Shown here one piece after another: positions 31,393-49,068 of a stretch of DNA of 64,000 nucleotides. The DNA is taken from NCBI RefSeq assembly GCF_009914755.1, contig NC_060927.1; one strand, given 5' to 3'. Source of the DNA: the human T2T-CHM13v2.0 reference genome, Homo sapiens. The notes beneath the pieces were generated by a model. That model was not told the DNA's origin, did not search any database, and saw only the letters and a list, made by a program, of their open reading frames with translations. The number at the start of each line of letters is the position of its first letter. The first letter of the stretch is position 1. A program made the position numbers and the translations under genes.

Positions 31393-32605
31393 TAGTCATG
31401 CATTGCTTAAAGAGGGGGATACGTTCTGAGAAATGTGTTGTTGGGCGACATTGTCATCATGCACACATCATAGAGTGTACTCTCACAAACCTAGATGGTA
31501 TGGCCTACTACACCTCTAGGCTACATGTTACAGCCTATTGCTCCTGGTTTACAAATCTGTACAGCATGTTACTTTACTGATTATTGTAGGCATTTGTAAC
31601 ACAGTAGTATTTGTGTATCTAAACATAGAAGAGGTACAGTAAAATAGTATAAAAGATAAAAAACGGCATACCTGTACATGGCACTTACCATTAATGGAGC
31701 TTGCAGAACTGGAAGTTGCTTTCGGTGAGTCAGTGAGTGAGTGGTGAGTGAACGTGAAGGCCTAAGGCATTACTGTGCACTACTGTGGACTTTATAAGTA
31801 CTATACACTTAGGCTACATTACATTTACAAAAAAATTTTTTCTTCAGTAAAAAACCTTAGCTGACTGTATCTTTATTACTTTATACACTTTTTAATTTTT
31901 TAAACTTTTAGGCTCATTTGTAATAACAGCTTAAAACACAAGCACATTGTTAGAGCTGTATAAAAATATTTTATTTCTTTATATCCTTATTCTATAAGCT
32001 TTTTCCTATTTAATTTTTTTTACCTAAAAAAGTTTTATGTTAAAAATGTAGACGAAAACACACACATTAGCCTAGGCCTACACGAGGTCAGGACCATCAA
32101 TATCACTGTACTCCACTGCCACATCTTGTCCCACTGGAAGGTCTTCAGGGACAATGACGTGCATGGAGCTGTCATCTCCTATGATAACAATGCCTTCTCC
32201 TGGAATACCTCTGGAAGGACCTGCCTGAGGCTGTTTGATAGGTAACTTTTTTTTTTTTTTATAAGTAGAAGCGTACACTCTAAAATAACAACAAAAAGTA
32301 TAGTAAAGTATAATATATTAAATACATAAACCAGTAACATTTATTATATTATCAAACATTGTGTACATAATTGTATGTATTATACTTTTATATGACTGGC
32401 AGCAGAGCAGATTTGCTTATATCAGCACCACCACAAATACTTGAATAATGCATTGTACTACAATGGTTACAACAGCTATGATGTCATTAGGTGATAGGAA
32501 TTTTTCAGCTTTATTATAATCTTTTAGGACCACCATCATGTATGCGGTCCATCACTGACCCAAAGTGGTTATGTGGCACACAGAAAGTTATGTGGCACGT
32601 AACTG
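31393..32605 (+). mobile_element. Tigger3b (Golem) DNA transposon
   Basis: tagtcatgcattgcttaa...gggatacgttctgagaaatg start; ttatgtggcacgtaactg end; about 1.2 kb. Confidence 0.85.
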
Positions 32606-33170
32606 CTCCGACTCTCTCACACTTGGCTTAAACAACTGTGAGGCCTGTGTTCCGCATCAGCTCCTAGAACTTTCCCGTGTAGATAATTTCCACTTACTCA
32701 TAGTCCTTTTTTTTTTTTTTTTTTTTTTGAGGCTCGCTGTGTCACCCAGGCTGGACTGCAGTGGCACAATCTCGGCTCACTGCAACCTCCGCCTCGCAGG
32801 TTCAAGGCAATTCTCCTGCCTCAGCCTCCCGAGTAGCTGGGATTACAGGGGTTTGCCACCATGCCCAGCTAATTTTTGTATTTTTAGTAGAGACAGGGTT
32901 TCACCATGTTGGCCAGGCTGGTCTTGAACTCCTGACTTCAGGAGATTCACCTGCCTCGGCCTCCCGAAGAGCTAGGATTACAGGCGTGAGCTACTGTGCT
33001 TGGCCACTCATAGGCTTAAGAGGCTTAATAAAATACCTTTTGTTGGCTGCCTTTCCTTTCCCAGCTTACTTTTCCATACGCCTGCCAGTGTTTCCTGGGA
33101 TCACCTCATCAATAAACAGTTTGCACTTGAATCCTTAGCACTTCATCTGATTTTGAAGAAGCCAGCTAGG
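32606..33170 (+). mobile_element. LTR16-like (ERVL) fragment, split by an Alu
   Basis: tcctgggatcacctcatcaataaacagtttgcacttgaatcctt. Confidence 0.55.
32706..33005 (-). mobile_element. Alu (AluS-like)
   Basis: Reverse Alu; TSD actcatag. Confidence 0.93.
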
Positions 33171-35240
33171 CCACCCAACATGTTTCCTTTGTTTCAGCCA
33201 AACGAACACAAAAAAAAGTTCATGTTTTTTTTTTTTTTTTTTAATGTCATGTTTTCCCATAGTTCTTCTGCCCAAAATGATTCTGGCTCCCACCTCCCTT
33301 ACCTAGCCAAATGGTATTAATTTCTCAAAATTATGTCCATCATCATCTCTTTAAGGGAAGCTTTTCTAAGCACTGATTGAATTGTGGACTGGAAACTCTA
33401 TCCCACTGCACCTGAACATACCTGTATCGTGGCAGACACCTTAATCCTTGATTTGTTTATTTGACTCCCCAAATAGACTGATCTCCTTGAAAGCAGGGAC
33501 TAAGATATATTTGGATTTTCAGTCCACCCCACCCCCACAAAATAGGGGAAGATAGCATTGATTAAACTACTAAATGTTTGCTTGAATGAATTGTTTTTAT
33601 TGAACACATTTATGAATGAATGAGTAAACAAAAAACAAAGCCAACAAGAGCAAATTTTATTAGAGGAAAGAAAATCTACTGTGAAATGAATGTTTATGCA
33701 ACTAATTTCAAAATTCAGAATAAAAAGTTTTGGCTTATTTGCACGACTGTCCTTCCCAGTAAGTGTGGATAACAGTAACAATACAATTAACACACCCAAA
33801 ACAATCATTGTCTTAGAGACTGTAAGTGCTTTAAAAAATTACACACTTAATCTTCTTATTGTATATACCATTATTATATTACATTGTATTACATTGCACC
33901 TATTATGTAGAATTTATTATTATTACTATTGTTATTGTTAGTTCCATTTTACAAAGAATACATAACGCTCATGTTAAATATTTTAAAGCAGTTTTTTTCA
34001 CAAGGCCAAGAGTCTCAGAAAGTTCCATTATGCTTATTAGGGCAGTGAAGAGTAATAAATTCAAATAATGGATAAGGTTTAGGAACTTCCCTTCTTTCGT
34101 TCTGCTCAATGCAGAGGGTTAATAACTACTGGGGCAAGCTTCCTGCCTCATACTGTTTTGTGACTTAATGTAGCCAAAATAACACCCTTTGACTATGAGA
34201 TAGAATTTCCTAAAACCAGTTTCAGAGTTATATTATCCACACAATCAAAATTTGGGCTCAAAAAATGTTGTGACATTTCATGTATTTGATAAACACATAT
34301 TGGATCTTTTTTGTTTCTATTGCATGGTGTTAACCTCTGGCGATATATAAACTTAACTAAGTCAAGAATCTGACCATTGGCATGCGGTAGCTCATCCTGA
34401 ATAACAATTGCCTTTGCAACTTTAGGATCAATGGCCAAAATGTACCATCTAAGTCTTTTCTTTTGTATCTGGAATTAAAAATGGAGATTTGCTTAGTCTT
34501 TGATGATGTTGCATTCATTTTAGAGCCCTTCTGGAAGGAAGTTCCAGATGCTTTATAAATATTAACACATTTATGTTGAAATGACCACTCCCTTTGTTTC
34601 ATAACTGAACTAACCAATATTTTCATTTTTTCCTATGAATTCCTTATTGCCTCTTTATTTTTATTTTTTGGTTTACTTACATGGTTTCCTCTCTGTAAGA
34701 GTGTATTATTTAAGGAAAGGGACCATGTCTTATCGATTTTTGTATCCCCAGGACCTGATATAGAACCTGGTACTTCATCAGCACTGTTTCTGAAATGGAT
34801 GAAGAAAAAATCGTATATGGCATTTAGTATAATGCTTTAAGCATGAAAAAGTAGAAATGCTTTTACAAAGTGGTTCTATATGAGTTTATAAATAAATACA
34901 TTTTAGTTTAAGTCCTATGAATTAATCTACACCCTCTTGAATTCCCCACCCTCATCTTTTCTTCCAGACATAATTGGAAGTCAGTAATAAATTCCAATTC
35001 ATAAAACAAATCTCTAGTGTTACATCCTGTCTGCCCCATTCACTAGCTTTCCAACAATCATCTGAGGTAGTCACTGTGTAGTAATCAGGAAATCTTAATG
35101 GCATGTTTCCAAGCCTTGGTCATCTTTTGAGCCCTAACACGGCCAAGTCACATTGACTTAGTCTCAACCACATGAATGAAAATTCCTCCATGTCTTTAGT
35201 CACTCTATGCAGGTCCATAATGTACAAAAAGGCTGCTGGC

Positions 35241-35321
35241 TTTTTTGTTTTTGTTTTTTTTTTTTTGAGACGGAGTCTCGCTCTGTTGCCCAGGCTGGAG
35301 TGCAGTGGCAAGATCTCGGCT
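35241..35321 (-). mobile_element. Severely 5'-truncated Alu (last ~55 nt plus tail)
   Basis: gagacggagtctcgctctgttgcccaggctggagtgcagtggc. Confidence 0.85.
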
Positions 35322-35349
35322 TTCCTGTTTCTAGACTCATAGGTTTCTT

Positions 35350-35961
35350 TGAATATTCCTGCAAACGTTTCGACAAAGGGCCAGATAGTAAATGTTTTAT
35401 TAGGCTTTTCAAGCCCTACAATCCCTGTCACAAGAATTCAGCTCTGCTAGAGATGATGCATAATCAGATGAACATGGCTGAGTTAGAATAAAACTTTATT
35501 TATGGACACTGAAATTTGAATTTTATATTATTGTCATGTTCCACTAGTATTATTCTTTGGATTTTTTTTCCAAACACTTAAAAGTGCAGAAACAGGCTGG
35601 GTGCGGTAGCTCATGCCTGTAATTCCAACACTTTGGGAGACAGAGGCAGGCAGATCACTGGAGGCCAGGAGTTTGAGACCAGCCTGGCCAACATGGTGAA
35701 ATCCTGTCTCTATTAAAAATACAAAAAAATTAGCTGGGTGTGGTGGTGTGTGTTTGTAGTCCCAGCTGCCTGGGAGGCTGAGGCACAAGAATCACTTGAA
35801 CCCGGGAAGCAGATGTTGCAGCAGGTCAAGATGGCACCAGTGCACTCCAGCCTGGGTGACAGAGTGAGACTCTGTTTCAAGAAAAAAAAAAAAAATACAG
35901 AAACATTCTTAGCTCATGTGCTGTATAAAAACTATGTATGGGGCATAGTTTGCCAACTCTG
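35350..35961. mobile_element. MER58B-like hAT-Charlie element, split by an Alu
   Basis: aaagggccagatagtaaat...aataaaactttattt...gggcatagtttgccaactctg. Confidence 0.7.
35595..35895 (+). mobile_element. Alu
   Basis: Dimeric Alu; TSD aaa(g/a)t(g/a)cagaaaca. Confidence 0.92.
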
Positions 35962-37334
35962 CTTTAAAGCAATATATGTTTAACTTCAAATTTACTAATA
36001 TCACCTCTTGCCTCCTAGTTTATCTCCCTCATGAACCCTGCACTCCCGTTTTGCTCTCAATCCCCTTTATAGCATCCCTTGCAGGACTACTCTACCCCAA
36101 AGTATCCCCTGATCTAATATTTCTAATCTTTCCTTCCCTTATTTCCCACTTTTTGAATATAACTTTCCAGCTAGTTCTTTTAAAAAAGCAAATGTGATTC
36201 ACTAAGAAATGCTGCTACCAGAATTATCTTTTGAAAATACAGATCTGGACCTGTCACCCCAGTGCCAGCATTTTCACACCTGTCCTTTGACTAAAAGATG
36301 CAGCTTAATATCTTAAACAGAGCCCATTAGGTCTTTGACAATCCGGCTGTCATATACCCACCAGATCCTTGATCTTTATTAGCTCTGTGACTCTCCATGT
36401 TTACTACACATCCTGTGGCCAGACCAAATATTTCTTCCTTACCATGCAGGGCTCTTTCCTGTCTGTTTGCTTTGTGCATGCCACTGTCTTTGCATAGAAC
36501 AGTTTGACTGTGGAACTTTAGTTGACCCTCCAAGGTCCACTTTAAAGTCACATTCACAGTGAAACCTTTGCTAATATCCCCAAAAGATCACTTTTTAAAA
36601 ACATAGTAACATTTAAAAAATTATGTATGCCATATTACACATTTTCATGTCACGTTTTGTTTATATACCATTCTTTCTTACCAGATTCTGGTTTCAGGTG
36701 GACACACATTGTGTCTTCTTCATTTTCATTAACATCTTCCTCCTGTATTTAGCACAGGGCCTAGCACAGAGTCAGCAACATAGTATATTCCTATAAAAGA
36801 TATTACATTGAATCCACCCAGAGGTATTTTCACTTTTAGAAGCATAGATTTGTTAATTCAAGTGACCTTCTGACAGAGTTTTAAGCTATAGTAAAAGGAA
36901 GTGAAGGGATTTAGGCAGAAAAAAACAAAAAAAAAAACAAAAAACAGATGCTATTTTGGGGCAGAAGGGGCCATGCCCAGAGCAGGGCGGCTGCTCTCCT
37001 TCTCTCAACCCCATCTCTCTTCAGGGTCAGCTTCCCAAAAGGTCCCATGTTTCATGGGTCTGATTTCTTTCAAGCTCAATGTCATATTCAGTGTTCTTAA
37101 GGCCACCATGGGTAAGGCTTTAGATTTGAGAAGGGAAGTGGGGACAAGAAAAACTGCCAGTTGAACTACAAGTCAATTGTGAGTTGTTTGAAAGTTGGTA
37201 CTTGGTTCTACCACGTTTCTTTATCTGAGCAGCAGAGAAATTTTTAAATGACACTGACATGGACTCTAAAATATGTCACTTAGAATTAAATAATTTCATC
37301 AAAGGCAAAGGTGTTAGAGAGATAGGGAAACAGC

Positions 37335-37642
37335 TTTTTTTTTTTTTTCTTTTTTTTTTTTTGTGAGATGGAGTCTTGTTCTGTCACCCAGGAATGCAGT
37401 GGCGCAATCTTGGCTCACTGCAACCTCTGCCTCCTGGATTCAAGCGATGCTCCTCTCAGCCTCCTGAGTAGCTGGGATTACAGGTGCTCGCCACCACGCC
37501 CGGCTAATTTTTGTATTTTTAGTAGAGATGGGGTTTTACTATGTTGGCCTGGCTGGTCTCAAACTCCTGACCTCAGGTGATCCCCCTTGCCTCGGTGTCC
37601 CAAAGTGTTGGGATTACAGGTGTGAGCCACTGTGCCCAGCCC
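37335..37642 (-). mobile_element. Alu (AluS-like)
   Basis: TSD gaaacagctttt. Confidence 0.93.
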
Positions 37643-38017
37643 AGAAACAGCTTTTATACCAAAGTAAGTGCTAGTGATTCAAACGAAGGCCCTGTCAAGA
37701 AGATAAAATTTTTAAAGTTCTCTGATTTCTCCTTGGAAACCTCTCAACCCATTAAACCCTATCAATCTAATTTTCAAGGCAAAGATAAAACTACAAGCAA
37801 CAGAAAGGATATTTCTCATTTGGTATTTTAAAATGGTTATTCACTTGTTAATTAATTAATTTTTTTCTGGTTTGCAAAGTAGTTTTATTTCTATTGTCAT
37901 TTTGATTTTGTCAGAAACTTTTGAAATTGAGAAGTAGAGATTTGATTATCTATGGATTACAGCAACTTTCCAAACCTGGTTTTATTTCAGTTTATTAAGT
38001 AAGACATCATGGACTTA

Positions 38018-38549
<532 letters not shown>

Positions 38550-40143
38550 TCAACATTTTGCATTATGCCTGGTTCTCAGTAAAATTTGGGTGAATATTAA
38601 TAGAAGAAGAAGACCAAGGATTTTGAGATGCTGGAAAATAAAGAACTACTAAACGTAGGTGGTCACCAGGATAAACATGAATGACTCATGGACCACCAGT
38701 ATGGGAACATTTAGATCTGAGAAAATAGGTGGACAAACTAGCACAGACGAGAAGCATCAAGTTTAGAAAGATCCCTGTTGAATCATATTTCTTGTGACTC
38801 CTCTGATATGGTTTCACTTATTAGTAGATTAGTTTGATCTTTCAAGCCAAGAGAGCTCAGATATGGTGAATGGGGAAAAGACGGAGAGGCAGGCAAAAGA
38901 GCAAAATTTGGAGAAGAATAATTACTGGAAGTAATTCCCCACTCAATAAGGTTACCTAACTGAGGATAAAACACTCTTAAAATTTGGGATTTGCAGGTCT
39001 TTGAGGTATGAAAATGAAAGCTTTCTTTTTCTCTGTCTCTTTTTAAAGGAAATGAATGCTAGCAGCTATTAAACTAATAATTTTTGTGGAAAACATTTCT
39101 TGTGATATGAAGTGAATTTTAAAAACTTGGGGGAACACTTTTGATTAAGAATGTCAAGTTTAACTTTAGATTCTGTCTTGGGTCCCCCTTGAATTGACTT
39201 CTCAAAAGCAAAATCTACTTTGTGTCATGTTGGCTTAGAAACTGTGTTAACACATAGGGATTTTAAAACAATACAGAGCCTGAATGCAATTAGAACTGTA
39301 ATGGGATCTGGGCATGATCAGTAACATTTAAATAGCTTTTCTTCAGCAGACCTGCCACATAATTTAAATACATTCCTGCAGAAGGTATTGCAGGATATTT
39401 CTGGTTAAGTGCACTAAAATTCAGTTAAGCATTCTGTGCTGTTGATTTTTTTGTTTTTAAACAAATAAAACCAGAGAGGTCAGATTCCAGTGGTGGCTGC
39501 CATGGCCCACTTTCTGAATTCCTGGCAAGTGAAGATTGTGCGATAAGTATCTTCTACCCAAGTTACAAATTCAAAGGTTTTCTTCAATGAGGGTGGAAAA
39601 CAGGCACAAAAGTTTATCTTCTATTAGATGGTACAGCTGCTATCTTCAGGGCTGGTGGACTCAATGGAGATCAGAAGAAAGGCAGGTATTTAGATTAAAA
39701 AAAAAAGTTTATCAGAATAGGATTCTTGCTATCAGATACTTAATTCTGCTTTTAAAAGTCCAAAAAAAAAAAAAAACCAACAGCAAAAAAAACCACACAC
39801 AGTTAAGTCGGCCTTTTCCAGTATTTACGTGGTCTTTTTAGAGCACTGCGTATGGTAATGATGTATTGCAATGTTCTGTAGGTCAAGATGATGTGGAAGA
39901 CTATAAGATAGTGAAATTTCAATACATTTTGATGAATAGTCTTTATTTATAAGGTTGTTGCTTCCCTTGTAACTCTATATAGCATTTTCAAAAGTGACAA
40001 ACTCACTTTCAGTCACAATATTTTAAAGTGAATATCTAAGGAATATTACAAAAAACTGTAGATTCCCCTATACCTAAAAACATAGATGAATTTTTTTTAG
40101 CTCTTTCTTAACAAACTACCTATATATTTACATGATAATATAA

Positions 40144-40457
<314 letters not shown>

Positions 40458-40709
40458 AACTCATATTTTAAGTTTTAAGAATATACAGTGAAAACACAGG
40501 AAGGTATAATTCATCACAGATCTTTAATTTGTTAACAATTGTATATAGGTCACAAATTATAGAAGACAAATTATAATAGACCATCACCTCATCTTTCTCA
40601 AGAAATTATGTTTGGTAGGCTGCTCTGACCCTATGTCCATTGTCAACATTTTTCTTAATGACCAACTAGTTATTCTGCAACCTTGTTTACTTGCTCTGTA
40701 TCTAAGTAA

Positions 40710-41026
<317 letters not shown>

Positions 41027-41309
41027 AATATCTTCTAACTAACACTCTAAGGTTCATATATCTTTCTTAGGTTGAAAAAATTATCTCATATAAAAACTAA
41101 TGATTTACATTTGTTGTATGGGGGAAGGAAAATAGAGTTGTTCCATGGCAACTAATAGAGTGAGATTTCGGAAGTCTTCATTTTGAATTTCCTCTAAGTA
41201 TTCAGTAGTAATGATTTCCCCAGGGCTTTGAGTGTGCTATATCCTCATCCCTGTCCAACAGTTAAACAGCAAGTTCTACAGGAAAGTGCTATTCTAGGCT
41301 TTTTGCTTA

Positions 41310-41500
41310 TATAAATTATTTAATCCTTCCAAAAACACTGTAAGACAAGTCTACTATTAATAGCTCCATTTTACAGTGAAGAAAATAAAATATAGGGAGG
41401 TTAAGTACCTCACTCAAGGTCACAGCTAGTAGCAGTGGGACCATCATTCCCGCCAGGATAGTCTTACTTCAGATACCATGATTTTCACCCCTGAGCTTTC
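41310..41500 (-). mobile_element. MIR fragment
   Basis: ccattttacagtgaagaaaat...gaggttaagtacctcactcaaggtcacagctagt. Confidence 0.65.
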
Positions 41501-42758
41501 TCCACACGTCCAGCCTCTTACAGGCCAGAGCAGAAAATGGTAATGCACAAAACAGCCATGTTGTCTTCTAGTATTAAGTATGGAAGAGAAGATTAACAAG
41601 AGATTAACATTCACCATCTTGAAATGGAAAAGTGGACAAAAAATTCAGGGGAGAAATTAGTCTCAGGTAGTTATTTATTCAAATAAGTCAATATCTGTAT
41701 CCTCTTTCCTCTTGAAATTACAGCTTACATTGCTAGTACATGGAATCTCATTATATCATCCTTCAAAATTTCTCTGAAAATATGTTTGTCTTCATCATAT
41801 TATGTTTACCTTGTACTCGGAAACTTGCATACTTGCTAATGGAATTGTATGTGTTGTTATGCAACTTCTTAAGCCATTTTCAGCCTTTTGAGAAGGGGAA
41901 TTGTTAGTCTTAAGACTACTATTAAGGTCAGTTGAAAAGCAGTCATCTGTCAAATCTTTGGATATGAGGGCATATGGGTCAATTATCTACAGCATTGCAG
42001 GGAAGATACAGAGAAATAGGGATCTTGAGCTGGAGGGCCCCATGGGGTTAACATAGGCTAAAAGGAAGTTCTGCCTGACTAGTGGATTCCAAGAAAACAG
42101 GAGCATGCCATGTTGTGAAGTGAAAAAGAGCACTGGATTTGGAGTGAGGAGGTCTAGAATTAAATGTTAGTGCTACAAATGCTACTTACACAAGCTGATG
42201 TGAGTTATTTAACCTCTTGGATTCCTGGCTTTCTTTGAAGCTCTTAGGATTAAATAAGAAGATAGATATAAATATGCTGTGAATTGTTACATATATTTGA
42301 GCATTAAAAAAAAAAAGATGGACAGTGGGCACTAAATTAGACAAGCACGCTGGTATGTGTCCCTGATGTGACAGAATAGTAGTTTCCTAGTAGTGGTCAA
42401 ATGCCATGATGGGTAATCCAGATCAGGAGTTGGAATTTTAGACCTCAGGGACATCTGTGAAGAGTTACCAGAACTCTAGCCACTGGGCTGGGGTTCGGAT
42501 AGAAAGTTCCAGTTTTGAATATATTAAGATGCTAGGCAAACCTTTGGTTATTCAAAAAGGAAGAGACCAGATCTTGGGTATCAGCTGGACTAGTAGTAAG
42601 AGTTCCATGTTCTGTGCTCCATAACGTGGGCTAAAAAGTGCCTTCAATCTTTTCGACTAGTAGGTAGAGTTGAGTCTGAAGATGGAGCTCTGGCTGTGGG
42701 TTAAAAGGGACCCTGCCAAGTCTGGGAACCTGATCCTAGCCTTCCAAAGTAATGGATT

Positions 42759-43109
<351 letters not shown>

Positions 43110-43366
43110 TCAAGTGGGTGGAAAATGAGGACTCAAAGGTGACTTTGTGGTTTCTAACCAGAGTGTCTGGGGCCACATATCTAATTTACAAAGGTTGCAG
43201 TGTGGGGAGTCAAAGGTGAGAAATAAGAGAGATGGGAAGAGAGTAATATTCTAGAAAGGCAGATTAGGATGATGGTTGGGCAGTCATGAGATGCTGTTGG
43301 AACTGTAGGCTTAGCACTCAGAAGCAAAATTAGAACTAGAGGTATGAGTTTTAGAAATTCTCCATA

Positions 43367-45076
<1,710 letters not shown>

Positions 45077-45118
45077 AGAAATTCTTCATAAAACAGTTAC
45101 CTCCAAGCCCTTGGAGAG

Positions 45119-45867
45119 TGTATTAGTTTCCTGGGGATGTTGTAACACAGTAAAACCAACAGGATGGCTTAAATAACAGAAATTTATTGTCGTGTAGTTC
45201 TGAGGGCTAGAAGTTCAAAATCAAGGTGTCAGCAGGGTTAGTTCCTTCTGAGGACTGTGAGAGACAATCTATTTCATGTCTGTCTCTTAGCTTCTGCTAG
45301 CCTCAGGCATTCCCTGGCTTGCAGATGGCATTCTCCATGCAACTTCAGATCATGTTCTCTCTATGCATGTCTGTCTCTATGTCTAAATTTCCCTCTTTTG
45401 TAAAGACATAGTCATATTGGATTGGGATCCACCCAAATGACCTCACTTTTTAATTTTTTTTTTTTATTTTTGAGACGGAGTCTCGCCCTGTTTCCCAGGC
45501 TGTAGTGCAGTGGCACAACCTTGGCTCACTGCAACCTCCGCCTCCCAGGTGCTAGTGATTCTCCTGCCTCAGGCTCCTGAGTAGCTGGGATTATAGGAGC
45601 CCGCCACCACGCCTGGCTAATTTTTGTATTTTTAGCAGAGACAGTTTTCACCATGTTGCCCAGGCTGGTCTCAAAGTCCTGACCTCAAGTGATCCACCCG
45701 CCTAGGCCTCCCAAAGTACTGGGATTACAGGTGTGAGCCACCACACCCAGCCATCATCTTAATTTGATTATTGACGAAACCTGATTTCCAAATGAGGTCA
45801 TATTCACAGGTACTAAAATTAAGACTTTATCATCTTTTTTTTTTGGGACACAATTCAACCCATGACA
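45119..45867 (-). mobile_element. MLT1C-like MaLR LTR, split by an Alu
   Basis: tgtattagtttcctgggg...ggcttaaataacagaaatttattg...caattcaacccatgaca. Confidence 0.8.
45447..45752 (-). mobile_element. Alu
   Basis: Reverse dimeric Alu. Confidence 0.92.
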
Positions 45868-46091
45868 AAGAGGATGAGGTGGTTTCTGGAGAGTTTAGAA
45901 TAAGCAAAGCGCTCTAGAGGCTGAAGCAAGGCCTTTGAAATTGTAATTCAAAAGACCGAAGAAATAGGTGGATATAGAGGATAATCTGAAAAACATAGTA
46001 GCCAAGGAGAATTTCACACAGAAAGGAGGCATATTTTTAAGTGATAGAAAAAAGTCAGGCAGTAGGATGAAGTATAAGAAAAGGTAATTGA

Positions 46092-46389
<298 letters not shown>

Positions 46390-46445
46390 GTGTCTATGAC
46401 ATAATGTTTCTGGAGACAAACTCTATGGCCTAAAATGTAACTTAA

Positions 46446-46797
<352 letters not shown>

Positions 46798-47081
46798 ACA
46801 TTACTTAAATCTTCTAGGTCTAAGTGCCTCATATGTAAAATGGAAATGATAATAATAGTACCCACTTAATAGAGCTGTTATGAGGATTAAATAGGTTGTG
46901 TTTAATAGTTGTCCTTTGATAGTGTGCATCAAAGGATACTATCAACATAATGAGAAGGAAATCCGTGGAATAGAAAATATTTGCAAATCTTATGTATGAC
47001 AAGCGATATCCAGAATATATACAAAGAACATCTACAGCTCAACAACAGAAAAAGAATGACTCAACTAAAAAATGGTCAAAG

Positions 47082-47881
47082 TGAGAGGTGACAGCATGCT
47101 GGCGGCCCTCACTCGCTCTCAGCGCCTCCTCGGCCTCAGCGTCTGCTCCGGCCACGCTTGAGAAGCCCTTCAGCCCACCGCTGCGCTGTGGGAGCCTCTC
47201 TCTGGGCTGGCTGAGGCTGGAGCCGGCTCCCTCTGCTTGCAGGGAGGTGTGGAGGGAGAGGCGTGGGCGGGAACCGGGGCTGACCACTGCGCTTGCAAGC
47301 CAGCTCGAGTTCTGGGTGGGTGTGGGCTCGGCGGGCCCCGCACTTGGAACTGCGCGGCCCACCGGCCCGGGGCACTGAGGGGTTTAGCACCCAGGCCAGC
47401 AGCTGCGGAGGGTGCGACGGGTCCCCCAGCACTGCCAGCCTGCCGTGCTGCGCTCGAATTCTCACCGGGCCTCAGCCGCCTCCCCGCGGGGCAGGGCTCG
47501 GGACCTGCAGCCAGCCATGCCCCTTGCCGCCCCCCCCCACCCGCTCCTGACCTCCTCCTCGGTCCCCTCCGCTTGCCGCTTTGGGCTTCCGCGCGGCCGG
47601 AGTCTCCCCGATGGGCGTCGCCCCCTGCTCCGCGGTCCCATCGACTGCCCAGGGGTCGAGGAGTGCAGGCACCTGGGGCGGGACTGGCGGGTAGCTCCGC
47701 CCGTGGCCCTGGCAGGGGATCCACTAGGTGAAGCCAGCTGGGCTCCTGAGTCGGGAGGGGACTTGGAAAACTTTTATGTCTAGGGGGAGGATTGTAAATA
47801 CACCAATCAGCACTCTGTGTCTAGCTCAAGGTTTGTAAACACACCGTGTGTCTAGCTAGAGGACTGTAGATGCACCAATCA
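47082..47881 (+). mobile_element. 3'-truncated LTR12C/D/E-type (ERV9) LTR, GC/CpG-rich
   Basis: TGAGAGGTGACAGC start, GC-rich U3, caccaatcagcactctgtgtctagct repeat, abrupt end. Confidence 0.9.
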
Positions 47882-48856
47882 AGTGTTTTAAAAACACAAT
47901 CGTGAAATATTTTTAAGTTGCAAATTAAACAACAAAATTTGTTTTACTGACATCAAAATTTGAATATATAATGGTTCCTTGTATCTAAAAATAGAAAACT
48001 GAGCATTGTTTTACCATATTTCAACAACTAAAAAGTGTTCTGAAAACCGGTTTGAGAATTTAACCTTAACAGCACAGTTCCATAAACATAAGCCTGTGAA
48101 ATTACTGAAAAGACAGTACCTGTTGGTCTGTACTTATTTTACTTACCTTGACTAAGAAGATGAAAATATCTTAACTCTCAAGTTAAAAGATATTTTACCA
48201 AAATTATGAGAGTACACAAATAATTGAAGTCCTAAAGCTTTTATTTATTTTCCTCACTTGGTTAGTTTAATTCTTCATGTTTTATTGCAGAATAACACTG
48301 TCAAAGGCTTAGGTTTGGGGGTAGTTACATATGACAACTGCTTTTACATTCTGTTTTGGTCAGGACTATTTCTAAATCTAAACATGAACATATTACCGGA
48401 AATATACTTGACCTCAGAGTTTAAGAGCCTTTAATACTACTCGTTAAGATACAATTAATCAATAAAACCTACTCCAATTATTTCCAAAGTCAATATTGAG
48501 AAAGCTACCCCTTGAACTTTAACTAAATCAACAGAATTACCTCCTAACCTAGGCAAGTCATGATCCAACTTTATTACACTTAAGACTATCAGTGTCTTAC
48601 ATTCGCTTTCTTTTCATAATGGCGGTATTCATTCAGTGCCTACACTTCTGTATATTGATTTTTTAAAAATATGAAACTTTTGCTATTGTTACTTCCTCTT
48701 TATAAATATCATTTAAGAAATAGTTTAAATTCTATCAAGTGGGTGTACTATAACTGAAGTATTTTCTTGTGAGAAATATTCAGACTACTTTCTATTTTTG
48801 TAAAGAACCATAAATGTCATCTCTGAAACATTAATGAAAATGAGACCCACAGATTA

Positions 48857-49068
48857 TAGTTTCTCAAGCTCAGCGTCATTGACATTTTGGGCTGAATATT
48901 TCTTTGTTGTGGGGAGCTGTCTTGTTCATTGTAGAATGTTTAGTAGCATCTCTGGTCTCTACCCACTTGATGCCAGCAGCCCCCCTCCTACCCAGTTGTG
49001 ACAACAAAAAAAATCTCCAGTCAAATGTTACTTGGCAGGCAAAATTGCCCCTTGTTGATAATCTCTGC
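48857..49068. mobile_element. MER20
   Basis: ttgacattttgggctgaat...ctttgttgtgggg...ctctacccacttgatgccagcagc. Confidence 0.8.

Noticed and set aside
34193-34626. Two overlapping minus-strand ORFs (81 and 89 aa) in non-repeat DNA
   Set aside because: No recognisable domain, splice structure or processed-pseudogene hallmarks; a tBLASTn would settle it
47039-47783. Cluster of long GC-rich ORFs suggesting a CpG-island first exon
   Set aside because: Entirely within LTR12 U3; stop codons are rare in GC-rich DNA
48138-48165. Strong minus-strand donor CAAG|GTAAGT
   Set aside because: Isolated motif with no plausible exon upstream
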